Positions 12,001-24,073 of a DNA stretch of 64,000 nt are shown piece by piece. This DNA is from Antedon mediterranea. Its lineage: Eukaryota > Animalia > Echinodermata. The stretch covers positions 22,705,237-22,769,236 of the forward strand of contig NC_092672.1 of the NCBI RefSeq assembly GCF_964355755.1, read 5' to 3'. The notes beneath the pieces were generated by a model. The model searched no databases and had not been told where the DNA came from. It saw nothing but the letters and a program-made list of their open reading frames with translations. The position numbers were made by a program, and so were the translations under genes. The stretch's first letter is position 1; each line of letters opens with the position of its first letter.

Positions 12001-14717
12001 ACACATGTCGACAAACCTATGGGCCTGAATTTTATTCTTTAGGGTTTCAGAAAGAGCTACAGCCTTGACCCCACCGGAATAGTGGAAAGGATTGGAAATA
12101 AGATTTCCTTTGGCCAGATAGGGATATGTTTACATTATGGCGGGGTACTATCGCTAATTGTATCAATTTCCTGGGGGATGCTCGTCGTGAGGTCTCATTC
12201 AGCGGGAGGATCAGTTCTGACATATTTCGTTCGATGATGTTAGTAATATCAACTGTCGACGATGGGTTACCCTTCAATTGTTGAACCTCCGCGGAAAGGT
12301 TTTTAACAATCGCCGTAAGTTCTGCCAGTTCCGTTGCCCCAGTTTTCTTAGGCCTCCTCTTGGCAGGTGTGTTGGTTTTTGCCTTCTTAGTGGGTCGAGT
12401 CTTCGCATCATGTAGATATGGAAGGCAACAAACAACTGACATAGACCATTTTAAATCTCTATGTTTTTGTAGCCTCTTTATCTACCCACTAGACTAGACT
12501 CATTAATGTACAATAGATAGCATATGATGGATCATGTAGATATGGCAGGCAACAAACAACTGACATAGACCATTTTAAATCTCTATGTTTTTGTAGCCTC
12601 TTTATCTACACACTAGACTAGACTCATTAATGTACAATAGATAGCATCTGATGCATCATATATATAGATATAGAAAGCAACACACAACTGACATAGACCA
12701 TAGCAGAACAGTGCATTGAATCAATTGTGATACTGTACTCTTGATTATGACTAATATATATCTGTTTTTTGTATAGATACTCGGACTGCTGCTCCTCTGG
12801 CTACAAGCTCGTTAGGGACAGGTTAGTTGAGTAACATTAGATCATTATGTATCATATGGACAGTTTAAAATTAAAGTTGAATTGAAATTAGATAGAGCAG
12901 TGTTACAACTGCTAATGTAGAAAATACAAGCTAATGTAGAAATGGTAAGCTAAATGTAGAAGATAAAATTTAGTAAAAGCCAAGGTAGGAAAAATGCTTA
13001 TAATGAAACTACTGTTGCCAGTAGCAAAAACCTTTAAGGATAGTGTAGATGTTATGTATTTATATGAAATAATAATTAAATGTGTTGCGTAGCACTGTAT
13101 ACATTATAATATACTGTAACATGATGTAAATTGTATGTAAATATACAGAAACCATCATGTATGTATAGTTTATATATCAGAATGAGACATGCATCAACAT
13201 TCATATGGATGCTTATTTTTTAGTGAAAAATTGCAACACACTCAACTGCTTTTTACATTTTGTATTTCTCAGTAATAGGGAGGTTTCGCAATCTTACGAA
13301 TACGATAACGAAAACGGATACGTCACGCACACATTGCGAAACCTCCCTAATAATTGCGTTTTACTTTTATGCAATAATTTTCTATCATTTGTTTTGCAGT
13401 TCAAGAAAATACATTCCAAGAAAAGTATTTTATATTACTAAAATATAAATATGCTTATTTTACAGAGAAACATTTTAAGATTTGTTTTAGAGTGGTGACT
13501 AGTGGCAATCATAGTATAATAATTCTCAAACACTTGTTTTTGTAGTAAATACATCACAAGAACAATTCAACAATTTGAAGTATGATCTTGGTTCACTCTA
13601 TATTGGTGAGCGACTGCTGTTGTTGAAATGCTGTCTATTTGAACACGTAGACTTACAGCACCTTGGCAAGTCAAGTTGCACAGCAAATTACCTATTAAAC
13701 CAACTACATGAACGTCGTTATATCACACCTACTAATATCCGTCTGTTGCTAGAGGTGGCTGAGATTTCACAGTTGAAAGATGCTGAAGATCTCATAAATC
13801 AATATGTTGTAACCAACAAGGTTCCAAACACTGATGAAGGAACAAAGTCAGTTTCACCATATAGGAAACGACTGTGCATGGCATTGCAGCAATTTGACCC
13901 ACATAAGTTAAATGATGTAATTGCTTACTATGGATTGAACTTATTAAGTTTACCAACAATTTGGGAATTAGTGTTTTACCTTGAAAGCAATAGAAAATTA
14001 CTAGAAGAATCAGAAAGAAAGAGGTTTGCTGAGCTTCTTGGACCAATCGCTGAGAACATACTATTCAATGGTATGTATGTTGTATCATGTATAAACATCA
14101 TTTATAACAATTGAAGTTAATTTATGTGATTTCTTACATACACAGTGTGATTATAAATAATGTAAGCCACGTAAAGTATATTCAATTATAAATCTCATCA
14201 TATTTAAATATTGATAGCATAACCTGCATCATTACACCAGAATTGTTAAAAGAGTAAAAATCAATCTCATAATTATACTGTAAGACATACATGTTAAGAC
14301 CATTTGCACTGTACACAATATCTTGTTTGACACAACTTTATCTATGTTTGTTAAAGAGTAATTACTAATTTTTAAGAACAGAAAGTTTACACATTCACAT
14401 TTTGAACATTTTTGCTGACATTAAAGTCTTTTATACTGAAGAAAAAACTTGCCTATCACAAATAGGCCTATGTGCATGGAAACATGCCCTTAGAAATAAG
14501 AGTACCTTTTTGAATGGGCCTGCCTTGCGTATGCATGCAAAAATCTATTAGAAAATATGTATTTTTAAAATTTGTTCCTATGTTTTTGTTATAGTTTTGT
14601 AAAAAAAAAATGAAAACAAATTTGAATTGAATGTTACCTATGATGACTTAAATGGCCTGTTTCAACTATGATACTATACAATAAAAGTTTTTCTAATTTT
14701 TTTTTCCAGATGAATGA
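9049..14717 (+). CDS. Roco-family block A: COR region + Ser/Thr/Lys-rich linker + tandem DED-like domains; 5' exons not found in the window
   Basis: Phase-consistent exons 9049-9204, 9290-9571, 9821-9910, 10139-10355, 10543-10638, 12777-12821, 13546-14070, 14710-14717 (TGA). Translation PSLKQLWRNLNKGKLDEKLLRHIW..FGLMCE..FYVLSRL..FHDFDGYLPDDLFQR resembles COR. Confidence 0.75.
10715..11388. repeat. 29-bp minisatellite, about 23 copies
   Basis: Unit TTATACACGCCTCAGTGTATCCTTGTCTT. It produces the three overlapping spurious ORFs. Confidence 0.97.
11520..12420 (-). mobile_element. Degenerate DIRS/Ngaro-type retrotransposon gag-like fragment in an intron
   Basis: WFTAFFDFATIYLSAHPQ..LFTYLKFI..WQLYDRHF followed by C-x2-FH..C..C-x-FKH-x-C-x2-C-GG-x-H, typical of DIRS-group ORF1. 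Broken by a stop and a frameshift. Confidence 0.65.
12407..12700. repeat. About 124-bp tandem duplication (about 2.3 copies)
   Basis: ATCATGTAGATATGG at 12407 and 12531, partial third copy at about 12655. Confidence 0.9.
13546..14070 (+). CDS. Single phase 1-1 exon encoding two DED-like death-fold units
   Basis: FNNLKYDLG..LLLLKCCL..LLNQLHERRYITPTNIRLLLEV and SPYRKRL..WELVFYLE resemble caspase-8/FADD-type DEDs (recognised by eye, no HMM run). Confidence 0.65.
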
Positions 14718-14789
14718 GCAATTCCACTTCTATCCAAGCAGACAATTGAAAGAGTACCACAAACATGTGAAAATATCAAGACAATACTA

Positions 14790-15530
14790 TTGCCATGCAA
14801 GGCAACCGAACGAGTAGGGTATCGTAACCAAAACGAGTATCATTACCATGCAAGACAACCAAACAAGTAGGGTACCGTAACCAAAACGAGTATCATTACC
14901 ATGCGAGAAAACCAAACGAGTAGGGTACCGTAACCAAAACTAATATCATTACTATGCGAGACAACCAAACGAGTAGGGTACCATAACCAAAACAAGTATC
15001 ATTACCATACGAGACAAACAAACGAGTAGGGTACCATAACCAAAACGAGTATCATTACCATGAGGACAACCAAACAAGTAGGGTACCATAACCAAAACGA
15101 GTATCATTACCATGTGAGACAAACAAACGAGTAGGGTACCATAACCAAAACGAGTATCATTACCATGAAGACAACCAAACAAGTAGGGTACCATAACCAA
15201 AACGAGTATCATTACCATGTGAGACAACCAAACAAGTAGGGTACCACAACCAAAACAAGTATCATTACCATGCAAGACAACCAAACGAGTAGGGTACCGT
15301 AACCAAACGAGTATCATTACCATGCAAGACAACCAAACAAGTAGGGTACCGTAACGAAAACTATTATCATTACCATGCAAGAAAACCAAACGAGTAGGGT
15401 ACCGAATCATAATAAGTATCATTACCATGCGAGACAACCAAATGAGTAGGGTACCATAACCAAAACGAGTAGGGTACCTTAACCAAAACGAGTAGCATTA
15501 CCATGCAAGACAACCAAACGAGTAGGTTAT
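14790..15530. repeat. 53-bp minisatellite, about 14 copies
   Basis: ACCAAAACGAGTATCATTACCATG at 14827, 14880 and onward. Lies between the block A stop and the first block B exon. Confidence 0.95.
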
Positions 15531-15697
15531 CGTAAATAGATGCCTGATATATGATTGTTGTTATTTCCACTTCCATGATAGTGTTGTTTTTCTATATACA
15601 TTTGTGCTGCTAATAATAATAGATAATTTTCCACAATGTTTCAAACTAGAATTTTAAGAATTTAAAATGTAAATTTTGTTCATTTTTTTTTATTTAG

Positions 15698-18600
15698 GGA
15701 AAAATGTATGAACATCAAATGACAAATCTTGACTTCATTCTGTTTTGGATTCGTTCAGTTTTTGTAAATGTAAGAAAAGGACAAAATAGCAAGATAATGC
15801 TAATTGGTACACATTATGAGAGCCTTGGTAAAACTGAACAAGAAAGACAACAAAGGGTACATATATCATCACATTTCCTTTTAAACAGTACAAAATTGTA
15901 TATTGTCATTAAATCATTGGAAACAATATGTAGTTCCATCTCTAACATTGGCAATCATGTATGATTGTTTTATACGTCATGTCATGAGCATACTACTGTA
16001 CTGCGCTGGCTTATGATTAACTAATTAACTTAACTTAATTTTTTTTTCATTTCGATATAATAAAACAAATAAAAGGGTATACAAATATCTATGATTTAGC
16101 ACACATTTTGAATATGTTTTCTTGTATTGGTTACAATGTACACTGGGTAAGTAAATGCGTAACATAACTTAAATGAAACATTTTTTGCACTTTACAAAAG
16201 GGGTTTTGGTTGGCTAAGCACACTCTAAATCTTCCCTTGACATAAGTATAATTCAAATATGATGTTATTTATTTTAGGTAAAGGAAATAGAGAATATACT
16301 TTGGAAAGCCCTGGAAGGAAAACCATTTGAGGACATGGTGTATCAAGGAGAGCTCTTTACCATTGAAAACAGTGTCTCATTTGAAAAGAGCGGTGCTTCT
16401 AAAATCATCCTCAAAATACAAAAATTAGTCCAGATGATGATTCTTACTTTTCCAATTAAATGGCTGCAAGTACTGCTGGAAATACAACAGTTACGAAAAG
16501 CCAAACTATATCTACCAACTTCTGAGGTTAGAATAAATATCGTTGACAAATCGATTGATGAATGTGTCTTTTAATGTTTAACATCCATTACATTTGAAGC
16601 ATTAAACCCTGTTTTTCTGAGTGTTGCATTGAATGGTGTTAATTAAAGTGAAAAAAAGCAAACTTGTTTCATTACATTTGAAATTGTGTGGGATACAAGT
16701 TTGTTATTGATAGTAATATAACAGTAATCCCTGCTTTTCTGTCTGTGTTAATTGACTGTTTATGGTGAATCTTCAACAAATGTTTATCAAACAGGACCGG
16801 TGCAATTTTAGTAGAGTACCAAAACAAAAGGAGCATTTTTTGTCCTCTAATAATTATTGAAGTAAGTGGTGAACCTTGAGTTTACTGTTGGTTGGGAAAA
16901 TTTCAGAATTCAAATCTACCCTTGCATGGTAAAGTATTATGTCCTATATAAACAACCTTTCAACAACGAAATGAATGATAACATCAACAGAAAACCAGTT
17001 TGTAATTAATCAGCATTTGTTTTTTCATTACATTTTTCATTATGATATTTATTTAACTTTTAGATTAATGATTTACTTGCTCGTTGTAAGATAACTGACA
17101 GAAAACTGTTTCTTGAGTACTTGCATGACATCCGCGAAATTCTGTTCTACCCAGATGACAAGATCCTCAAAGAAAAAATTGTTATAGATTTGATGGGAGT
17201 AGTTGACAAGTTTAAAACAATCATCACAGTTATAGATCCCAGCATTCAGGTTAGCAAACTTCACTTCTTTGAGTGGTGTCAATCATTGGTGAATATCAGA
17301 CGTAAACATTGTGGTAATTTTTTTTTAGTGTGATGGATTTAGCTGCAAAAATGTAATATCTGCCACACAGAGAATGAAATTATACCTTATTATTTCTATT
17401 ATATTCTAATAAACATATTACTGTAGCACTCCCATTAAGGGAAGACCCAACAAAGTGTCCCCTTAATAGAGGTTAGCCATGGTCTTAATCTGTCTCTCTT
17501 TCATTTCACAAGTAAGTTTTAATAAGGTTTAAGGGAAGGCCCAACAAAGTGTCCCCTTAATAGAGGTTAGCCATGGTCTTAATCTGTCTCTCTTTCATTT
17601 CACAAGTAAGTTTCAATAAGGTTTAAGGGAAGGCCCAATAAAGTGTCCCCTTAATAGAGGTTAGCTATGGTGTTAATCTGCCTCTCTTTCATTTCACAAG
17701 TAAGTTTCAATAAGGTTTAATGGAAGGCCCAACAAAGTGTCCCCTTAATAGAGATTAGCCATGGTCTTAATCTGTCTCTCTTTCATTTCACAAGTAAGTT
17801 TTAATAAGGTTTAAGGGAAGGCCCAACAAAGTGTCCCCTTAATAGAGGTTAGCTATGGTGTTAATCTTCCTCTCAGTCATTTCACCAGTAAGTTTTAATA
17901 AGGTTTAAGGGAAGGCCCAACAAAGTGTCCCCTTAATAGAGGTTAGCCATGGTGTTAGTCTGCCTCTCATTCATTTCACAAGTAAGCTTCAATAAGGTTT
18001 TCCCAAAGGAGAGGTTCTACTGACCAGAAGAATAATAATTACTTTGTTGCATTAACAAATTACACTTTTGTGCTTTTATGTTTTTTAGCCATCTCTGAAA
18101 CAGCTTTGGAGAAATTTAAATGGGGGCAAACTAGATGAAAGACTGTTGCAGCATATTTGGAAGGATGAGTCAGATGAGATGATTATCTTCTTTGTGTCTC
18201 TAATGCAAACCTTTGGGTTAATGTGTGAAAAAAGGATTAAAGAGGTATTTACATTTTATTTAACATTTTAGTTTAATTATTTCTTCATATATTCTATCTA
18301 GGACTCATGTTCCATTTTTGTTTCTATAGAATGTTGGACGAATGTTCTATGTTCTTTCACGCCTAAAGCCCCAACGTGATGATACAAAGGCTGCTGAATA
18401 TGAAGAGAAGCATGCTATTTCTCTCTTTCATGACTTTGATGGCTACCTTCCAGATGATCTCTTCCAACGTGTTGCAACTAAATTTATTGAGGAATTTCAA
18501 ATGGAAGATGTTGAGCCTGCATTGTCTTATGAGCATGTAGAACTGAATGTTGATGGCCATCATCTTGTGCTTCTAAATGTTGCTACTATTAACAACCGTC

Positions 18601-21600
18601 GTTTATTCCAGGTAAAATAATAATAAATAGTTTTATTCAATTCTACTCAAAAGTCTATTATTTCGACCAAAAAACAATGAGGTAAAAAAACAATAATGAC
18701 AAATATTGTATGACGGCAGAATCCAATGAAGATGAAAATCTTGATAGACAAGTTAATTATATGGACTTTTAGATTTGAGTAAAAATGTTTAAAGGATTGA
18801 TTTGTTTTTTTTTGTAATTGCAGACAACAATTGTCAGAACGACAATCATGAACACAGAATCAGGAAGCAGCTCTCCTGAAGATGATGATCCACATCCTAG
18901 CATCTGTAAGAAGGTAAGCCAGTATCAAACATTCTACACTTTATTTAGAATTACCTCCAACTTGTTGCTTTTACATCTTTCACAAGCATAATTCTATTTA
19001 CACAAGTAGTCATTAGAAATACTGATATATGCCTCTTAATTTGTTCCTTTTTAATTGTTATTGCATTACTGTTACAACTTTATTTATTTTTCAGGTGCTT
19101 AGTTTCCTTCAAAAAGAATTACACTTTTTGAGTAAGAATGCACATGGTGTTAAAGTAAAGATGTACATCCCTTGTGTGTGTGCTTCAAAAGGTGAACCTA
19201 CTCATATGCATGTTGTACGCAAATTTGACAAAGATGTGTTGCCATGTGGAAGCAGAGGAATGGAAGTGAAACGTTACCGTAATCTGTTTGGAGACAATGT
19301 CCTATCAAAGGGTAAATTATTATTTGTATTTTTATTGTTTAAGATCGCATGAAGCCTAGGTAGGATGTTGACGAAAAATGAATAATATAATACAATCTTG
19401 CAATAATGCAATGTTATTTTTCTCTAGGGGAAAACTACAAAATCACTTTAACGGATTTGTAGAAATTTAACACAAAAAATGAACACATACTTACCAATAT
19501 TTTTTCCTTTCCAAAATGTCAGATATACGTGTATATATCAAATAAGTTATAGTATTATGCCCTAAATAATAGTTTCAAAAATGCTGGTTTCAACTGATAG
19601 ATGTATTTTTGGGCAAAGTTCATTTCTCTATTTGTTACTATGCCTTGAGACCCTTGTTGTAAATGTATGTATCATTTGTGTCTGTACACATTAGAAGCTA
19701 GATAAAATTACAAGATTTACAGTACGCATTTTTTATGATTTTCAATTCATAGTGAAAGCCTAAATATTCTGTTATTATTTAACCTTTTTTTTTTGCCAGA
19801 GGAGTCCATTGAAGACAAGTATGTGAATAACATTGGTAAATATGACTTTCATAGATACAGACGTATTTCGTATCATAATATATTAAATACACTTCTACTA
19901 GTAAGCAACTACTACATAGGCATTGGATACAATATTAAAAATCTATTTGCAAATCTCATAGGATTTTTATATTTTTACGTCTGTTATTGAAATAGAATTA
20001 ATATCACTTTCATAGCATACAGTGTTAGTACCTATAATCACTTTCATAGCATACAGTGTTAGTACCTATAATCACTTTCATAGCATACAGTGTTAGTACC
20101 TATAATCACTTTCATAGCATACAGTGTTAGTACCTATAATCACTTTCATAGCATACAGTGTTAGTACCTATAGTTGATGAGGAATATGATACCACTCAAT
20201 GTAAATGGCATAATTGTTTCAAAATATTACTTCTTCTTTGTACAATATAGTATTGTTTACACATTAGTACAGCAATTAGTACATTCTGGAAGACTTGATT
20301 GAACCTTATTTTTGTATTATTATAGTAGCCTTAATATTGCTTATTATGTTTTAAAAACATTGTTTGTTTGAACTTTTGAGACAGATCCATGTAAAAATAA
20401 TAAATAGAAAATTTAAAAATGTTTTTTTTTAAATCATAGACTATGTGGATGACCTTACTATTGAAAGTGTGTCTACAGAGATGGATCTTTCCTGTAGACG
20501 ATTTGGTGTTCGTTTGGGGCTTACGTGGTCTACAGTGAATACTATATTTGATAATGAAAAGCAGACAGATAAAGCTACAGCAAACATGCTGAAACATTGG
20601 AGAAGCAGCATTGGTAGTGACCTTAATCAGCAACAAGTATTGTGCACCGCACTAAGGCAGCATGATCGTAATGATCTTGCTGATCTGCTGTTTCAGAAAT
20701 ACATTGACGATGAAATACCCAAGGTTATCAAACCTTCAGGTATATAGCATTATATTGTGATTCCTGCCATTAAATAGTATAAAAATAATGAATGTTTATA
20801 AGTACAATGCCACAAATAATTTATGAGGTGAACATATATAAAATTTTCATCTTTCACCTAAGAAAATATTTTTACTATTTTTACCTTTACTTTTAATGAA
20901 AGGAAAGGCCTAAATCATTCAAATGGTTGATCCAACGTGGTCAATCAACTACAACCTAGCCTCTTGTAACTTGTGGTTGCTCACTCACCGTGTAACAAAA
21001 ACAAACATGCAAAAACTAAATTTCAGTGCTCTTGTGCACATATATCAACATTGCACTCTCAATTAAAACTCAAACTCATTAAAAGAGCAATAGCACATTT
21101 TAATAAAATATAACTCACAATTCTCCAAATGGATTAAGAATCTTCTTAGGTGTGTTATAAAGGTTGTGTTGGTTTATTTAATTTATTCCGATATTGTTTG
21201 TATTAATATTTTTATTTAAATTTGTTAATTGACACAAAATTATGTTTATTTTCTATGCACAAATGATTCCGAAATAAAAGATTGAATGGAATTGTGAGTT
21301 GAATTTTAATAGAAACAGAACTCAATATCTTAACGCCTTTATTATTTCACAGCTCGTTTTGATGATCAAGATCTACTGTTCATCTGTGACAATTTAGGTC
21401 AACATTGGAGAAGATTAGCAGTGCGCCTTGGAATTAAATGGGATGTTATCAGTAATATCACAGGTAAAAACAGACATGATGAAGATGACATAATGGTAGT
21501 CCTGGTTAAGTGGAGAGGTAGACAAAGAGCAGCACATCAAATACCTACAATGATCAAGGCTTTAAAACAACAAGGACGTGTTGATTTAGCTGATAGCCTG

Positions 21601-22196
21601 TGTACAAGACATGAATACATAGATGACGTCAGTTCAGAAGTTCCAATGTTTACAGACCAATCAGGACAAGGTGGGTAAACGCTTATTATTCTTAATATGT
21701 TATTGTAACTATATACCTGATTATTTTTATTTAATTTACTTTTATAAGATTGTTGAGAGATGGACAAACATGATTAAATATTACATTTTGTTTTTCAAAT
21801 GTTAAAGCCTATAGGCATATTGGAAGATTTTTTTAATTCAAGTATTAAAATTGTTGTTTTCATTATTAATAATTGTATATAACATACACGATCAAAATTG
21901 TTTTAATTAAATGTATTTTTACAGGATGCTTAACAGACTTGGACTTCCTGATAATTTCTCTGAAGATGACAGAATGGAAGAGTTTTTGCAGGGGTCTTGG
22001 TATTGCTGATGTTGAACTATCACAAAATGAGAGAAAATATTTAATGCTTACTGTAGAAGCAACTATGGAATCACTGGTACAATGGCGATGTAAGCAAGGA
22101 AGAGATGTGAACCAACGAGAGGAAGTAATAAAAGCCTTGAGAGCAGTTAAGAGAATGGATATTGTACAATTACTAGAAACCAAGGAAGAGATGTGA
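15698..22196 (+). CDS. Roco-family block B: 3' part of Roc GTPase + COR + three death domains; no P-loop exon or start of its own found
   Basis: Phase-consistent exons 15698-15856 (LIGTH, Roc G4-like), 16278-16526, 17064-17249 (LEYLHDIREILFYP, COR-like), 18089-18244, 18330-18611, 18824-18913, 19095-19311, 19800-19835, 20440-20739, 21353-21670, 21925-22196 (TGA). Confidence 0.78.
17420..18021. repeat. 94-bp tandem array (6 copies), probably an internally amplified MITE
   Basis: AACAAAGTGTCCCC at 17449, 17543 and onward, bounded by ACTGTAGCACTCC and GGAGAGGTTCTACTG. Confidence 0.85.
20003..20172. repeat. 34-bp minisatellite, 5 copies
   Basis: Unit ATCACTTTCATAGCATACAGTGTTAGTACCTATA. Confidence 0.95.
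20440..22196 (+). CDS. Three tandem death-domain exons
   Basis: Each has DD hallmarks: W-RRLAVRLG / WKSFCRGLG, ML-x2-W / LV-x-W, and AL-x3-R-x-DLAD / RMDIV. Confidence 0.8.
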
Positions 22197-22956
22197 ACCA
22201 ACGAGAGGAAGTAATAAAAGACTTGAGAACAGTTAAGAGAATGGATATTGTACAATTACTAGAAACCAACGTGTCTATTGAAAACCTACAGTAGACCATA
22301 TGAACTGCAGTTATATGGTAACTCAGTTCAACAAATAAACAATTTGTATGAACAATAGGAGATACATAGTTAATAAAGGACAATAAAGAAGACCTATTGA
22401 AACAATGTTTTTAGAAGTCTTGAACTATGTCTTAATAGACCAAAGTACTCTAATATAGGTCACGTACCTGACATGAGATTACGTGAATGACAAAAAATTT
22501 ATATATTTGTAGGTATTTTTGTATCTGCTTAAATCTGAAATAAAAAATAATGCCTTTCACAAAGGCAGTGCTCCAATTTTGGACGTGGAGTAGAACTAAT
22601 AGACAGTGTACTACTGGTTGCTTGAAGATGATCAGTCAACAGCCTAGACTCTTCTCAAGTGTGTGGTTACTCAATCTCTGTAACAAAAATAAATGCTCAA
22701 AACCGAATTGCAGCATTCAATTGTATATACTGATGCCACATACAGTGCCATACTGTAGTATATTTATTTAATGTCATATCACCCACAATGTGCATGTGAT
22801 TTAAGTTGTGTACTCACAAAACCATACCACATACTGTATTATAACAAAACAATTATCAGCTGCTATCTATACTAGTATGTGTGTGACTCTGAAAACCTAA
22901 AACAGAATGCTTCCTTTCTCCCCATTCATCACCAAAATAAAAGATATTTTTACTAG

Positions 22957-23025
22957 CCATACAGATGCCATACAGATGCCATACAGATGCCATACAGATG
23001 CCATACAGATGCCATACAGATGCCT
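22957..23025. repeat. 11-bp tandem repeat, 6 copies
   Basis: Unit GCCATACAGAT. Confidence 0.95.
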
Positions 23026-24073
23026 CCAATCAGTCAATCACATCCAATATTAGAATGTAGCTTGACTCATTTATGCTATATTGTGATGAAACTGTGCAAT
23101 AAGTAATTGAATTTTTTGTGTCTTTTTGTTATATATATATATACAGTCAGTCATGTCAATGATAGAGATACATTGTCCAAGATGAGTCTTAGCAATTTGT
23201 GCGGCTATGTTGGCTATGGTTAGTGTTAGCGCTTGTGGTGTACCCAAAGTTTTACATGGGAAATATGTGTAAATAATAACACACTGTATATTAATTAGCA
23301 ATATACTTGAATGTTAACATTCATAATTGCGCTACATAAATTTAAAACCATTAAAAGATTTGAATGTCTCATGGCATAGCTTTTTTCAATCTTTTTTATT
23401 GAATTGACTAAAATTTTAAACTTATCTGGTAAAGGTAATGTACAATTTTGTGGTTTATGCGTTAATCACAATTAAATACATCGAATATATACATTTACTA
23501 AAGCCAAATTAGTTACTGCATAATATATTTCATATTCTATTTTAATAAATGATATACAATATATATTTTGTTTTGTATTGTATTTTTGTTTGTCTATTTT
23601 CTTTTAAATCTCAATGCGAGTCACAAGTAAATTCATATAATGTTAAGGTAAATTGGTTTCAATCTTGCAAACATAAATGATTATTATTACATTATTTCTG
23701 AATTTAGTAAATGATTTGGCTATTGATTTGTATGCACTTAATTTAGGACAGACTAACTTTTTTTCGACATCCTGCACAGAAGCCTTACAAATTTGTAGTA
23801 ATTAGACTTACAAATGTTGATTGATGGCCATATCATCTTTTTTTGATAGTTGACAGACTTGCTAAACAGAACAAAAGGTGCGGAGATGGGATAATTTACT
23901 GTATAACAGCAATTATTTTTTACCCCCGGTGTGTCATTTTTCAATAATGGTTGCCCAGGTATGGCACCTTTTTTTGTAAGTATCACTATATCTATAAACA
24001 TTAAATATTTTGTATGAGAACTTATGGCGAAATTACTTTTATTTTGTTTGTGGATATAATTTTGTATATAAAT

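Noticed and set aside
14952-15576. Hydrophobic repeat ORFs on the minus strand
   Set aside because: Translation of the 53-bp satellite.
13546-15856. One continuous protein joining block A to block B
   Set aside because: The DED exon ends in phase 1 while 15698 starts in phase 0, and a phase-1 terminal exon with TGA is present at 14710-14717.
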